DNA from: Armatimonadota bacterium
GTDB taxonomy: Bacteria > Armatimonadota > Fimbriimonadia > Fimbriimonadales > GBS-DC
Length of the DNA: 64,000 nt
Reading direction: 5' to 3'
Assembly (NCBI GenBank): GCA_037444405.1
Contig: JBBIML010000007.1
Location: 59,606-123,605, forward strand
Positions 28,247 to 37,717 of the stretch are shown in pieces. The notes under the pieces were generated by a model. The model saw nothing but the letters and a program-made list of their open reading frames with translations. It ran no database searches and was not told where the DNA came from. The position numbers and the translations under genes were made by a program. The stretch's first letter is position 1, and every line of letters starts with the position of its first letter.

Positions 28247-29482
28247 ATGGACGCACTACGCGATACGCTCAGAGAGTTGACCGACAGCCTGCGAGAGAAG
28301 ATATTGACAGACGGCTCGCCCGCCTGGCTGGAACTTGCCCGCTGGCTGCAGGCGGTGAACACGGGGCTGGACGCGCTGGATGAATCGCTACGGGGGAGCC
28401 TGTTAGACGCCTTTCAAACGGCGCGACCACTGAACCATGCGACTCTGCCCATTCTGCTGGAGCAGTTCGAAGCGCACGGCAGAGCGATTCGGCGCGCGGC
28501 GGTTCAGCGCGACCGCTGGCGCTATCCCACCACGAGCGACCTCCAGCTGATCAACGAGCGCGTCTGCCTGGCGCCGCCCGAGTGCGACGCCGACCGCCTG
28601 AATCGTGCGCGCCTGCTGGCGATGCTGACCCCGCCCGATGCGGACGCGCTTCAGCGAGCCACTACGCTCTTTGAGGCGCTCAACACCCTGCAGCCGTTTC
28701 GCGAATACAACGCCAGCACCGCATCGATTGCAGCGCTGGCGTTTCTGGGCGCGAACGGCTTCCGCGCCACGCTCTCACCTGATGAGGCAGCCGAACGGTT
28801 GCTATCGGGTGAATGGGCATCGTTGTCCCTTCAGCCCGACGAGAGCGCGACTCGCTTCACCTATGCCGACCTGATTGAGCAGATGATTGCCGATTACCGC
28901 GATTCGCTGGTGCGGGCGGAGCGAGTGATTCAGGAGAGGCAGCAGCTGGCACAGCGCGACGCCCTGCCCACTACGATGCCCGTCAGCCCGCAGCCCGTGC
29001 CTGGTCCCGCCTCGCGCTGGCGATACCTCACCGTGCAGGACCTCATCTGGATTAACACCGAAATCACGGGCGCGCCCCAGCGGTACAACTACGACCGCCT
29101 GGAGGAGGCGACCTACTATCAATACAGCTATCGCCAGAGCATGGATGTGCCGTTGCAGGCGGCGCGGTTCCTGTGGGGCTATCTGACCTATTATCCCTTC
29201 GCACGCGGCAATCTGGGCACCGCGCTGATTGGCGTGCTGACCTTCCTGCAGATCAACGGCTACGACACGCACCTGCCGCCCGACCAGGCATGCGACTGGT
29301 TGCTATCGGTTGCCAGGCGTCGTAAACACCCGCTGGATGCCATCCGCCAGATTATCGCCTCCAGCGCCGCAGGCGCGAACCCCCAGCCCGTGCGCGAAGT
29401 CGCCCACTACCTGATAGAACAGTACGAGTCGGCTTTGCATCAGTTAGAGGAGGTGAATCCTCGTGAAACGCAATACCGTTGA
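28247..29482 (+). CDS. Protein with two degenerate Fic/Doc domains
   Basis: LQPFREYNASTA..FLGANG and YYPFARGNLGTA..FLQING, each preceded by a RY-x-T-x-x-DL-x-x-IN Doc-like start. Confidence 0.7.
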   Translation: MDALRDTLRELTDSLREKILTDGSPAWLELARWLQAVNTGLDALDESLRGSLLDAFQTARPLNHATLPILLEQFEAHGRAIRRAAVQRDRWRYPTTSDLQLINERVCLAPPECDADRLNRARLLAMLTPPDADALQRATTLFEALNTLQPFREYNASTASIAALAFLGANGFRATLSPDEAAERLLSGEWASLSLQPDESATRFTYADLIEQMIADYRDSLVRAERVIQERQQLAQRDALPTTMPVSPQPVPGPASRWRYLTVQDLIWINTEITGAPQRYNYDRLEEATYYQYSYRQSMDVPLQAARFLWGYLTYYPFARGNLGTALIGVLTFLQINGYDTHLPPDQACDWLLSVARRRKHPLDAIRQIIASSAAGANPQPVREVAHYLIEQYESALHQLEEVNPRETQYR

Positions 29483-29489
29483 AACCACT

Positions 29490-30680
29490 CTATTTGGCAT
29501 GCGCCTTCTGATTCAGTGTTTCCAGGTCTGGTAGAAAACCTTCCCATGGGTATTCGACCACTATTCCATTTCCTTTGTGCCAGAGGCTGCTACCGCTTAA
29601 TCTCCAATCACGCACGAAGGTACCCTGAGGCAGCATGAAACGAATGGTGCTCGCTGGCTCGGCACTAACCAACATATAGCGACGCCTACTCATAGAGGGT
29701 CTGCTGCAACGATGCAAGGGTAGAGAAACGATCACCTGCTCTCTTCCATTATCATCTTTCACGATATAGTTTTCTAAAATCTTCTCAATATCCTCACGAG
29801 TTGCAGGGGTCATTAAGTCATAATATTCGTAGGTCATTTCTATTTCTGATGGAAACCACTGTCCATCAATTTGAGTGAATTGCAGCACATTCCAATAGAA
29901 CTGGGCACTAGTACGACGCATCAGAAGGCTCTTTGGGGCTCCTTTGTGGATTCGACTTACATGAAGTTCTAACTCCCAATTATCAGGGGTTTTGCGCTCA
30001 TAAACCCATTCATCCGGAGTCGTGGCGACTAACTGCCAGTCTTTCTCGCTGCCGGCAAACATACAGAGAGGAGGAACACCTGCCAGAAAAACTAAAAATG
30101 CCGGTCCTATAAAGGTTTCAAAAGGATCACCCATGCTGACAGTACCTGCAGGATGGAGCGCTATATCCGCGACTACCGAACCCTGATTACGCAAATGAAT
30201 AACGAGCTCGTTTTGAAAGTAAACTTCGAAGGTCTCCGCAATTTTGTCAGTAGCCTCATAAGAAGCTAGTCTTTCCCTATATGCAGCAATGTGAACGATG
30301 TGCGGACTATTGGTAATAATATAGTTTTCCGATATCCCAGAAACAAATAAATCCATTTGCGGTGGATTAATCATTGAAAGATTATATTTCCCCCAATTAA
30401 CTTGTTCAGAAGCTGATGAAATTTTTGTTCTAATATTTTTTTGAGCAATTAGTAAAGCACTTATCATATTCCCCCAAACAGCCTCCTTAGGAATATGCAG
30501 CATACCCGTCACATTCCAGATAAAAGTGTGACTACGAGCAACTTGTTCACGCTTTGCGCTCCAATCAGCCAGTTCGCTCTTAGAAGTCTCACTACAAGTA
30601 GCAATCGAGAACCGTATTGTAAGCCCCGCCAGTGTGAACATGGAAACAAGTGTCCACCAAGCATGCCATCTTCGAATCAT
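29490..30680 (-). CDS. Hypothetical exported protein (AT-rich islet)
   Basis: 396-aa ORF, AGGAGG RBS, N-terminal hydrophobic segment. Confidence 0.7.
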   Translation of the reverse strand: MIRRWHAWWTLVSMFTLAGLTIRFSIATCSETSKSELADWSAKREQVARSHTFIWNVTGMLHIPKEAVWGNMISALLIAQKNIRTKISSASEQVNWGKYNLSMINPPQMDLFVSGISENYIITNSPHIVHIAAYRERLASYEATDKIAETFEVYFQNELVIHLRNQGSVVADIALHPAGTVSMGDPFETFIGPAFLVFLAGVPPLCMFAGSEKDWQLVATTPDEWVYERKTPDNWELELHVSRIHKGAPKSLLMRRTSAQFYWNVLQFTQIDGQWFPSEIEMTYEYYDLMTPATREDIEKILENYIVKDDNGREQVIVSLPLHRCSRPSMSRRRYMLVSAEPASTIRFMLPQGTFVRDWRLSGSSLWHKGNGIVVEYPWEGFLPDLETLNQKAHAK

Positions 30681-30712
30681 TAATAATCACCTCCTTTAGT
30701 GCCAAAGTGTTT

Positions 30713-31189
30713 CTATTGCGGTGGTGCTGAACAATCGGGATAAAAAACAATTCGGTTTGGTGTGGATGGATCTACAGGTCTCCAATCAATGCAATCGCAT
30801 CCCGAACCAGCTGGTTCACAATCGGCAATTTCTGTTACTCTGATCTCAACGACCCCCATCTGACGTATAAGGCAGCTCGTACCACGATTAAATTCACATA
30901 TATAAATGTCTTGAACTGTTTTACCTCTGAGGCATCCACCAGAGCAACCAAACAAGGTATATGCTTTCATAGGAGTTGGGTTAGGTTCAATCGATTGCAA
31001 GCAACTGGTCTGCCGCAACAAGTAACCTGCCCGGCGAAGTACGCACTTGTGATCCGGAAGCTCCCTTAGCTCTTCCTGCTGACCGGGGGCATGAAAATAT
31101 AACATCAGCAACACCAGTATCCCCACCAACCGTACCGCGTTGCGCTGGTTCGCAACACTGTTCCTCATCAAAAGATCCTTTGTTTTCAT
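30713..31189 (-). CDS. Secreted cysteine-rich protein (10 Cys)
   Basis: GGAGG RBS, signal peptide-like LVGILVLLMLYF, mature region with 10 Cys. Confidence 0.7.
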   Translation of the reverse strand: MKTKDLLMRNSVANQRNAVRLVGILVLLMLYFHAPGQQEELRELPDHKCVLRRAGYLLRQTSCLQSIEPNPTPMKAYTLFGCSGGCLRGKTVQDIYICEFNRGTSCLIRQMGVVEIRVTEIADCEPAGSGCDCIDWRPVDPSTPNRIVFYPDCSAPPQ

Positions 31190-31242
31190 TCTCGCCCCTC
31201 CATTAAATGGAGTTGCCCTGCGGTTGCCCTTTGTCAACACCT

Positions 31243-31785
31243 CTATCCCGCTTTTTGACCCCGATTCTCCACCAGTGCCCGCAGCTCCGCCTGCAACCGT
31301 TTCCATCGCCGATGCACCACCTCGTGCGAGACTCCTAACTGCTTTCCGATCCACCGATACGAACGCTTCTCTGCCACCCACACCCATAACTGGTATTCCC
31401 TCTCCTCCAGCTGACTCTGCAACCACTCCACTAATATCCGAGCCTCTAACTGTTCATAAGCTTCCATACTCCGCTCATCTACAGGCTCCCACTCTTCGCC
31501 TGTTTCTTCATCTTCTGCAAATGCGACTACCGTCTTCTGATAACCCCACTCGCGGTTGGTGAAAGTCTTCAGGTGAGCGCAGATGCGATCATAGGCGAAC
31601 TTTTCCAAGCACAAACCCAGTGCAGGCTCAAACTCCTGTTCGGCTTGCAAGGCACATAGAACGGCTTCGTGCTGAAGTTCGTTCTGCCATTCGGACTGAC
31701 TCCAGTTCGGTGGTGGGCATGTGGGTCGGAAGCGCTGAACAGCGCGGCGAATGGCTTTGCGCAGAGCGGGATTGAGTTCAGCCAA
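31243..31785 (-). CDS. Divergent sigma-70 family (ECF-like) sigma factor
   Basis: Region 2-like ELQHEA..F...FAYDRI and region 4 HTH SYRWIGKQLGVSHEVVHRRWKR. Confidence 0.75.
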   Translation of the reverse strand: MAELNPALRKAIRRAVQRFRPTCPPPNWSQSEWQNELQHEAVLCALQAEQEFEPALGLCLEKFAYDRICAHLKTFTNREWGYQKTVVAFAEDEETGEEWEPVDERSMEAYEQLEARILVEWLQSQLEEREYQLWVWVAEKRSYRWIGKQLGVSHEVVHRRWKRLQAELRALVENRGQKAG

Positions 31786-31900
31786 CTCAGCTCCACCCCC
31801 CCCCGCGAAGTTGCGATGGCAGTTGAGATTTTGCTGGATGCACCGCTTGCTTCTTCGTTCGCTTCTTTGCGGGCATCGCTGACCTCTGCTGGATAAAAGC

Positions 31901-31930
31901 AGGATACCCTGTTCAAGACAGGAATGTCAA
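31901..31930 (-). promoter_or_regulatory. Sigma-70 promoter for the islet sigma factor
   Basis: TTGACA-18 nt-TATCCT; spacer contains palindrome CCTGT-N5-ACAGG. Confidence 0.6.
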
Positions 31931-31938
31931 GGGGAAAC

Positions 31939-32087
31939 GAGGGTGTTCGAAAAATCATCTCTTGCGAGCCGCTTGAGCAGGGCGCGGGTACGGGCGCGGC
32001 GACCGCGCCCCTACTTGACACGGGTACGGGCGCGGTTCCCGCACCCTGTTTTCGAACACCCTCAGGGGGAACGAGGGTGTTCGAAAA
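31939..32087. mobile_element. MITE-like element with 15-bp terminal inverted repeats plus a third repeat copy
   Basis: GAGGGTGTTCGAAAA at 31939-31953, exact inverted copy at 32049-32063, direct copy at 32073-32087; REP-like palindromes inside. Confidence 0.6.
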
Positions 32088-32108
32088 ATCCATCCAGAGG
32101 CGAGAATA

Positions 32109-32197
32109 CCCCTCACCCCTACCCTCTCCCTTCGGGGGAGAGGGAGTTTATCAGCCCCTCTCTCCCGCGTGCGGGGGAGAGGGGTCGGGTGAGGGGG
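32109..32197. repeat. CCCTCACCC/CCCTCTCCC-GGGAGAGGG palindromic repeat (family copy 1)
   Basis: Double hairpin; related copies at 47141-47206 and 53221-53293. Confidence 0.75.
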
Positions 32198-32300
32198 TCA
32201 TACTTTCCTCTTGGGGGAATCCCGCTCTCAGACCAGCAGGAAGGCGGCTCCCAGAGGTGCAGCAGGTAAAATCTCTTTTACCGATGGAGAGGTTGAGCCG

Positions 32301-33764
32301 ATGGTAAGGGTACGATACGCACCAAGCCCGACAGGAGCGCCCCATGTGGGCAACATTCGCACCGCGCTCTTCAACTGGCTGTTCGCCCGTCATCACGGCG
32401 GCAAGTTCATCGTGCGCATCGAGGACACCGACCGCAGCCGCTATGTGCCTGAATCGGAGCGCGAAATCTTAGAATCGCTGCGCTGGCTGGGGCTGGACTG
32501 GGACGAGGGACCCGAAGTGGGTGGTCCGCACGCACCCTATCACCAGTCGCAACGGCTGGAGACTTATCGGCAGATTGCGCACCAGCTGGTGGAGGCGGGC
32601 AAGGCGTACAAATGCTTCTGCACGCCCGAAGAGCTGGAGCAGATGCGGGCACAGCAGCGGGCGCAGGGCGCATCCGTCACGATGTACGACCGCCGTTGCC
32701 GACGCCTCACGCCCGCCGAAGTGCGCGCCCGCGAGGCGGACGGACTGCCCTATGTGATCCGGTTTGCCATGCCGCTGGAAGGCACGGTGGAGTACGACGA
32801 CCTGATTCACGGGCGCACCACCTTCCGCAACGCGCTCACCGACGATTTTGTGATGCTCAAATCGGACGGCTACCCGACCTACCATCTCGCCAATGTGGTG
32901 GATGACCACCTGATGGAAATCACCCATGTGATTCGAGGCGACGAGTGGATTTCGAGCATGCCGCGCCATCTCAATCTCTATAGGGCGCTGGGCTGGGAGC
33001 CGCCCCAGTTCGCGCATCTGCCCCTGCTGCTTGGCGTCGACCGCCAGAAGCTCTCCAAGCGGCACGGCGCCGTGCAGTTCACCGAGTTCATTCGCGACGG
33101 CTACCTGCCCGAAGCCATGTTCAACTTTCTCGCGCTCTGCGGCTGGAACCCCGGCGACAACCGCGAGATTCTCAGCCGCGAGGAGATTATTCAGCTGTTC
33201 AGTCTGGAGCGCGTCTCGGATAACCCCTTCATCTTTGATCATAACAAACTGCTCTGGATGAACGGCTATTACATTCGCCAGCTCAGCCCGCAGGAACTGG
33301 TGGAGCGCTGCCTGCCCTTCCTGCAGGAGGCAGGGCTTCTGCCGCCCGCGCTGGATGACGAGACCCGCGCTTACGCTGAACGGGTCATCCCGCTGGAGCA
33401 GGAGAAGATGAAAACCCTCAAAGATGTGGTGACGCTGACCGACTTCTTCTTCAAAGAGGAGTTCCCGATAGACCAGAGCGCGGTCAAGAAGTGGTATGGT
33501 CTGCCGCACATCCCGCAGATGCTGGAGGAGCTGATCCGGCGGTATGAGGCGCTGGAGCCGTTTGTGGCGCCCGAGATTGAGCGCGTGACACGCGAAGTGA
33601 TTGCCTGGCTGGGTGTGTCGGGCGGGTCTGTGATCCATCCTGTGCGCGTGGCGGTCAGCGGGCGCACGACGGGACCGAGCCTTTTTGAGATGCTGGAAGT
33701 GCTGGGCAAGCCGCGCGTGCTGCGCCGACTCCGCCAGGCGCAACAGTGGGTGTACATAGCATGA
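32301..33764 (+). CDS. gltX: Glutamate-tRNA ligase
   Basis: RYAPSPTG, HVGN (HIGH-like), RIEDTD and KLSKR motifs. Confidence 0.97.
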   Translation: MVRVRYAPSPTGAPHVGNIRTALFNWLFARHHGGKFIVRIEDTDRSRYVPESEREILESLRWLGLDWDEGPEVGGPHAPYHQSQRLETYRQIAHQLVEAGKAYKCFCTPEELEQMRAQQRAQGASVTMYDRRCRRLTPAEVRAREADGLPYVIRFAMPLEGTVEYDDLIHGRTTFRNALTDDFVMLKSDGYPTYHLANVVDDHLMEITHVIRGDEWISSMPRHLNLYRALGWEPPQFAHLPLLLGVDRQKLSKRHGAVQFTEFIRDGYLPEAMFNFLALCGWNPGDNREILSREEIIQLFSLERVSDNPFIFDHNKLLWMNGYYIRQLSPQELVERCLPFLQEAGLLPPALDDETRAYAERVIPLEQEKMKTLKDVVTLTDFFFKEEFPIDQSAVKKWYGLPHIPQMLEELIRRYEALEPFVAPEIERVTREVIAWLGVSGGSVIHPVRVAVSGRTTGPSLFEMLEVLGKPRVLRRLRQAQQWVYIA

Positions 33765-34723
33765 GAGACTGGCAGGAGCGATGGAAACAGGCAAATCCGC
33801 CTTCACACCTCCTCTCGATCAGCGATCTTAATCGGGAGGCGGCGGAGGTGGTGCTGGCGCTGGCGCATGCGATGAAACGCGCCACCCGCGCGGGCGCCGA
33901 GCTGTTCCGATTCGAGAAGCCGACCGCCGTCGCGCTCATCTTCGAGAAGCCCTCCCTGCGCACGCGCGTCACCTTAGAAGTCGGGCTGTATCAGATGGGC
34001 GCGCACGGCGTCTACCTCACTCAGTCGGACATCCAGATGGGCAAACGCGAGGCGGTGATGGACATCGCTCGCAATCTGGGACGCTGGGTGCAGGGCATCA
34101 TCGCGCGCGTCTACCACCATTCAGTGCTGGGCGAGCTGGCGCAGTTTGCGGGCGTGCCCGTCATCAACGCGCTCAGCGACCGCGAACATCCCTGCCAGGC
34201 ATTAGCCGACCTGATGACCATTCAGGAGCGCAAAGGCGATCGACCGCTCACGCTGGTGTGGGTGGGCGACGGCAACAATGTGTGCCACAGCTTCATCCTG
34301 CTTGGCACCCTGCTGGGGCATACGGTGCGCGTGGCGACGCCCGAAGGCTATGAACCCGACGAGCAAATTCTTGCGCAGGCACAGCACAACGCTACGCAAT
34401 CGGGCGGGCAACTCCTGCTCACACACAACCCGCGTGATGCGGTCGCCGACGCCGATGTCGTCTACACCGATGTGTGGGTCTCGATGGGCTACGAGACCGA
34501 GCGCGAAATCCGCCTGCGCCATTTCCAGCCATTTCAGGTGAACCGCGACCTGATTCGGCATGCCAGACCCGACGCGATTGTGCTGCACTGCCTGCCCGCC
34601 CGTCGCGGTGAGGAGATTACCGACGAGGTGCTGGACGGCGAGCAGTCCGCCGCGTGGGATCAGGCAGAGAACCGCCTCCACACGCAAAAAGCGCTGATTG
34701 CCCTCATGCTCGGCACGGTATAA
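33761..34723 (+). CDS. argF: Ornithine carbamoyltransferase
   Basis: FEKPSLRTR, HPCQ, DVWVSMG and HCLP. Confidence 0.95.
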   Translation: MRDWQERWKQANPPSHLLSISDLNREAAEVVLALAHAMKRATRAGAELFRFEKPTAVALIFEKPSLRTRVTLEVGLYQMGAHGVYLTQSDIQMGKREAVMDIARNLGRWVQGIIARVYHHSVLGELAQFAGVPVINALSDREHPCQALADLMTIQERKGDRPLTLVWVGDGNNVCHSFILLGTLLGHTVRVATPEGYEPDEQILAQAQHNATQSGGQLLLTHNPRDAVADADVVYTDVWVSMGYETEREIRLRHFQPFQVNRDLIRHARPDAIVLHCLPARRGEEITDEVLDGEQSAAWDQAENRLHTQKALIALMLGTV

Positions 34724-34733
34724 TCGGGTCGCC

Positions 34734-35468
34734 ATGCGCACGGACTACTTTCAGCAGGTGCTGACCCGCCTGCAGGCGGTGATGGCGAGCCAGCAGGCGG
34801 CGATGGAGCAGGCGGCGCAGTGGATTGCCGACGCGCTCGCCGACGACCACCTGATCTGGGTGTTCGGCGCGTCGCATGCGGGCATCCTGAGCGAGGAGCT
34901 GGTCTATCGCGCGGGCGGGCTGGCGCCCATCAGCCCCATCTTCATTCCGGGCTTGACCTGCGATGTGCGCCCCATCACGCTCACCTCGTGGCTGGAGCGG
35001 CTCGACGGCTACGCCGCGACAGCAGTGCGCGAGGTGCCCATTCAGGTGGGCGATGTGCTGATTGTGCATTCGGTGTCGGGTCGCAACGCCGCGCCTGTCG
35101 AGGTCGCGCTTTGCGGCAGGGAGCGCGGCGCGAAGGTGATTGCGCTCACCTCGCTCGACTACTCGCAAGCGGTCAGCCCGCGCTCACAAACGGGCAAGCG
35201 GCTGTTTGAGGTTGCCGATCTGGTGATTGACAACGGTGCGCCGCGCGGCGATGCAGTGGTGCAGCTGCCCGATTTTCCCCAGCTGGTGTCGCCTGTGTCC
35301 ACCGTGCTGGGCGCGGCGATTCTGAACGCGATTGTAGCGGAGGCATGCGCCATCCTGCTGGAGCGTGGCATCCAGCCGCCTGTGTTCATGTCGGCGAATC
35401 TGGAGGGCGGCGACGCGCATAACGCCCGCTTGATGAACCGCTACCGCGGGCGCGTGCTGTACCTGTAA
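34734..35468 (+). CDS. SIS-domain sugar isomerase-like protein
   Basis: FGASHA, YRAGGL, SVSGRN and VFMSAN. Confidence 0.85.
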   Translation: MRTDYFQQVLTRLQAVMASQQAAMEQAAQWIADALADDHLIWVFGASHAGILSEELVYRAGGLAPISPIFIPGLTCDVRPITLTSWLERLDGYAATAVREVPIQVGDVLIVHSVSGRNAAPVEVALCGRERGAKVIALTSLDYSQAVSPRSQTGKRLFEVADLVIDNGAPRGDAVVQLPDFPQLVSPVSTVLGAAILNAIVAEACAILLERGIQPPVFMSANLEGGDAHNARLMNRYRGRVLYL

Positions 35469-35627
35469 GAGGCGATCTCGGCGTAAATCCAGACGGGTGA
35501 ACCCGCTCCTATAAAACAAAGCCAGCCTGCGCTGGCTCCCTGTCGCCTGGGCAGCCTGCTCAAACTACTTCAGCCAATTTTTCTCGCCTCCGTTCAGATT
35601 GGACCATGCCACAGCCGCGCGACCTCT

Positions 35628-35654
35628 GAAAGGAGAGGGGCTTCTATCCGACAA
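35628..35654 (+). promoter_or_regulatory. Putative sigma-28 (FliA) promoter upstream of fliQ
   Basis: GAAA-N15-TCCGACAA versus consensus TAAA-N15-GCCGATAA. Confidence 0.45.
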
Positions 35655-35664
35655 TCAGAGGGTG

Positions 35665-35928
35665 ATGAGTCAGGCAGAAGTGATCGAGCTGGGTCGGCAG
35701 GCGATGCTGGTGGGACTGCAGGTTGCCCTGCCCGTGCTGCTAACAGGGCTGATTGTGGGGCTGCTGGTCAGCATTTTTCAGGCGGTGACGCAGATTCAGG
35801 AGATGACGCTGCAGTTTGTGCCCAAGATGCTGGCGGTCGGGCTGGTGTTTCTGTTCGCGGGCGGCTGGATGCTGATGCAGCTGGTGGACTTCACCGTGCG
35901 TGTGCTGTCGAACCTGCCGCCGCGATAG
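35665..35928 (+). CDS. fliQ: Flagellar export protein FliQ
   Basis: GLLVSIFQAVTQIQEMTLQFVPK. Confidence 0.95.
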   Translation: MSQAEVIELGRQAMLVGLQVALPVLLTGLIVGLLVSIFQAVTQIQEMTLQFVPKMLAVGLVFLFAGGWMLMQLVDFTVRVLSNLPPR

Positions 35929-35968
35929 TCTGCGCGGAAGCTTCGCTTCCGCAGTCCATGCTGAGGCG

Positions 35969-36745
35969 ATGGCGTTAGATACGCAGTGGCTGTGGGCGTT
36001 TCTGGTGGCATTTGTGCGGGCGTCGGCGTTGAGCCTGCAGGCGCCCGTGTTCGGCAGTCGGCTCGTGCCTGTGCCGGTGCGCATCGGGCTATCAGCGGTG
36101 CTGGCGCTGGGGCTGGCGCCGATGCTGCGCACCACCGTCGGCGCACCACCCACCGACTGGATACCCCTGCTGACGCGCCTCGTGTCGGAAGCCTTAATCG
36201 GGCTGGTGATGGGCTACGGGGTGAGCCTGATTATCGGCGCGGCGGCGATGGCGGGCGAGCTGCTCGATATGAAGATGGGCTTCGGGCTGATGCAACTGCT
36301 GAACCCCGTCAGCAGTTTCCCGGCCTCGCTGCTGGCGCAGTTCCACTATCTGCTGGCGATGGTGCTGTTCGCGCTGGTGGATGGACATCACCTGCTGATG
36401 TTGGCGCTGGTGCGCAGTTTTGAGGTGAGCGGCGGCGCCGATCTCACAGCGGTGGCTCAGCGGGGGCTGGCAGGCATGCTGGAACTGACGGGTGGCGTCA
36501 TGGTGCTGTGCATTCAGATTGCGGCGCCGGCGGGCGGCGTGCTGCTGATTGTGGATGCGGCGATGGCGGCGGTGTCGCGCGCGGTGCCGCAGGTGCCCAT
36601 CTGGCTGGTGGGCATGCCCGCCAAAATCGCGATCGGCTTCGTCGCGCTGGGCGCGAGCCTGCCCGTGATGGTGGGCATCAGCCTGCGCATGACGGAGCTG
36701 ACTGCCCGATTCCTTGCCGACTGGCTCAAAGCGCTGGGCGGCTGA
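35969..36745 (+). CDS. fliR: Flagellar export protein FliR
   Basis: AGELLDMKMGF, DGHHLL and RAVPQ; follows fliQ. Confidence 0.93.
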   Translation: MALDTQWLWAFLVAFVRASALSLQAPVFGSRLVPVPVRIGLSAVLALGLAPMLRTTVGAPPTDWIPLLTRLVSEALIGLVMGYGVSLIIGAAAMAGELLDMKMGFGLMQLLNPVSSFPASLLAQFHYLLAMVLFALVDGHHLLMLALVRSFEVSGGADLTAVAQRGLAGMLELTGGVMVLCIQIAAPAGGVLLIVDAAMAAVSRAVPQVPIWLVGMPAKIAIGFVALGASLPVMVGISLRMTELTARFLADWLKALGG

Positions 36746-36787
36746 TGGGGCAGGAGAATGCGCGCCCCACGCGGTATCTGTGAAGGG

Positions 36788-37429
36788 ATGATTTTTGTCA
36801 AGATTTGCGGCATCACGCGCCTGCAGGACGCGCAGGTGGCGATCGAGGCGGGCGCGGACGCGCTCGGCTTCGTGTTCGAGCCGCGCAGCCCGCGCCACCT
36901 GCCCCTGCGAGCCGGCTGGCAGGATTGGCTGTCCACTCTCAGAGGCGCCCAGCGCGTGCTGGTGATTGCCGACCCCGCCAACCTGCCCGCCGAATGGCAA
37001 CTGTTTGAGGCAATCCAGTGCAATCTGGTAGAGGGTGTGGATGCCGAATCGCTGAAGCGCATGCTGCCGCCCCTGCCGCTGTGGCTGGCATTGCGGGTCA
37101 AGCCTGCCGACGCGCCCGAATCGCTGCTGGCGGTGATGCGGGCATTCGAGCCGTATGTGGAGCGGTTCGTGCTGGACAGTTATCATCCCACCATGCCCGG
37201 CGGCACGGGCGCTGTTCACGACTGGCGACTGGCACAGATGGTGTGTGCGCAGGCGCCGCGCCCCGTGCTGCTCGCGGGCGGGCTGAACCCCGACAATGTG
37301 GCGGCGGCGATTCGGCAGGTTCGCCCCGACGGCGTGGATGTCAGCAGCGGCGTGGAGGCGCAACCTGGCACCAAAGATGCCGAAAAAGTGAAACAGTTCA
37401 TTCAGCGCGCGCGGACGCAAGGGGTATAA
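36788..37429 (+). CDS. trpF: Phosphoribosylanthranilate isomerase
   Basis: VKICGIT, GGTG, LAGGLNPDNV and DVSSGVE. Confidence 0.95.
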   Translation: MIFVKICGITRLQDAQVAIEAGADALGFVFEPRSPRHLPLRAGWQDWLSTLRGAQRVLVIADPANLPAEWQLFEAIQCNLVEGVDAESLKRMLPPLPLWLALRVKPADAPESLLAVMRAFEPYVERFVLDSYHPTMPGGTGAVHDWRLAQMVCAQAPRPVLLAGGLNPDNVAAAIRQVRPDGVDVSSGVEAQPGTKDAEKVKQFIQRARTQGV

Positions 37430-37435
37430 TCGCGC

Positions 37436-37717
37436 ATGGTGGCGATGCGTCGGTTGACCGCGATTGTGCGCGGGCGAGTGCAGGGTGTGGGCTATCGGAT
37501 GTTCGTGCTGGAGCATGCGCGACGGCTGGGTTTAAAGGGCTATGTGCGCAATCTGCCCGACGGCGAGGTGGAGGTCGTGGCTGAAGGCGACGAGACCGCC
37601 CTGCATACGCTGATTGCCCACCTGCAGAGAGGTCCCATCGGCGCGATGGTGCGTGAGGTGGAGACCCACTGGAGCGAGCCGACAGGCGAGTTTGAGCAGT
37701 TTTTCATCGCGCGATGA
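37436..37717 (+). CDS. acyP: Acylphosphatase
   Basis: GRVQGVGYR and GYVRNLPDG. Confidence 0.95.
   Translation: MVAMRRLTAIVRGRVQGVGYRMFVLEHARRLGLKGYVRNLPDGEVEVVAEGDETALHTLIAHLQRGPIGAMVREVETHWSEPTGEFEQFFIAR

Noticed and set aside
35469..35625. Possible c-di-GMP riboswitch upstream of fliQ
   Set aside because: Only short hairpins; I could not find the class I or class II consensus elements.
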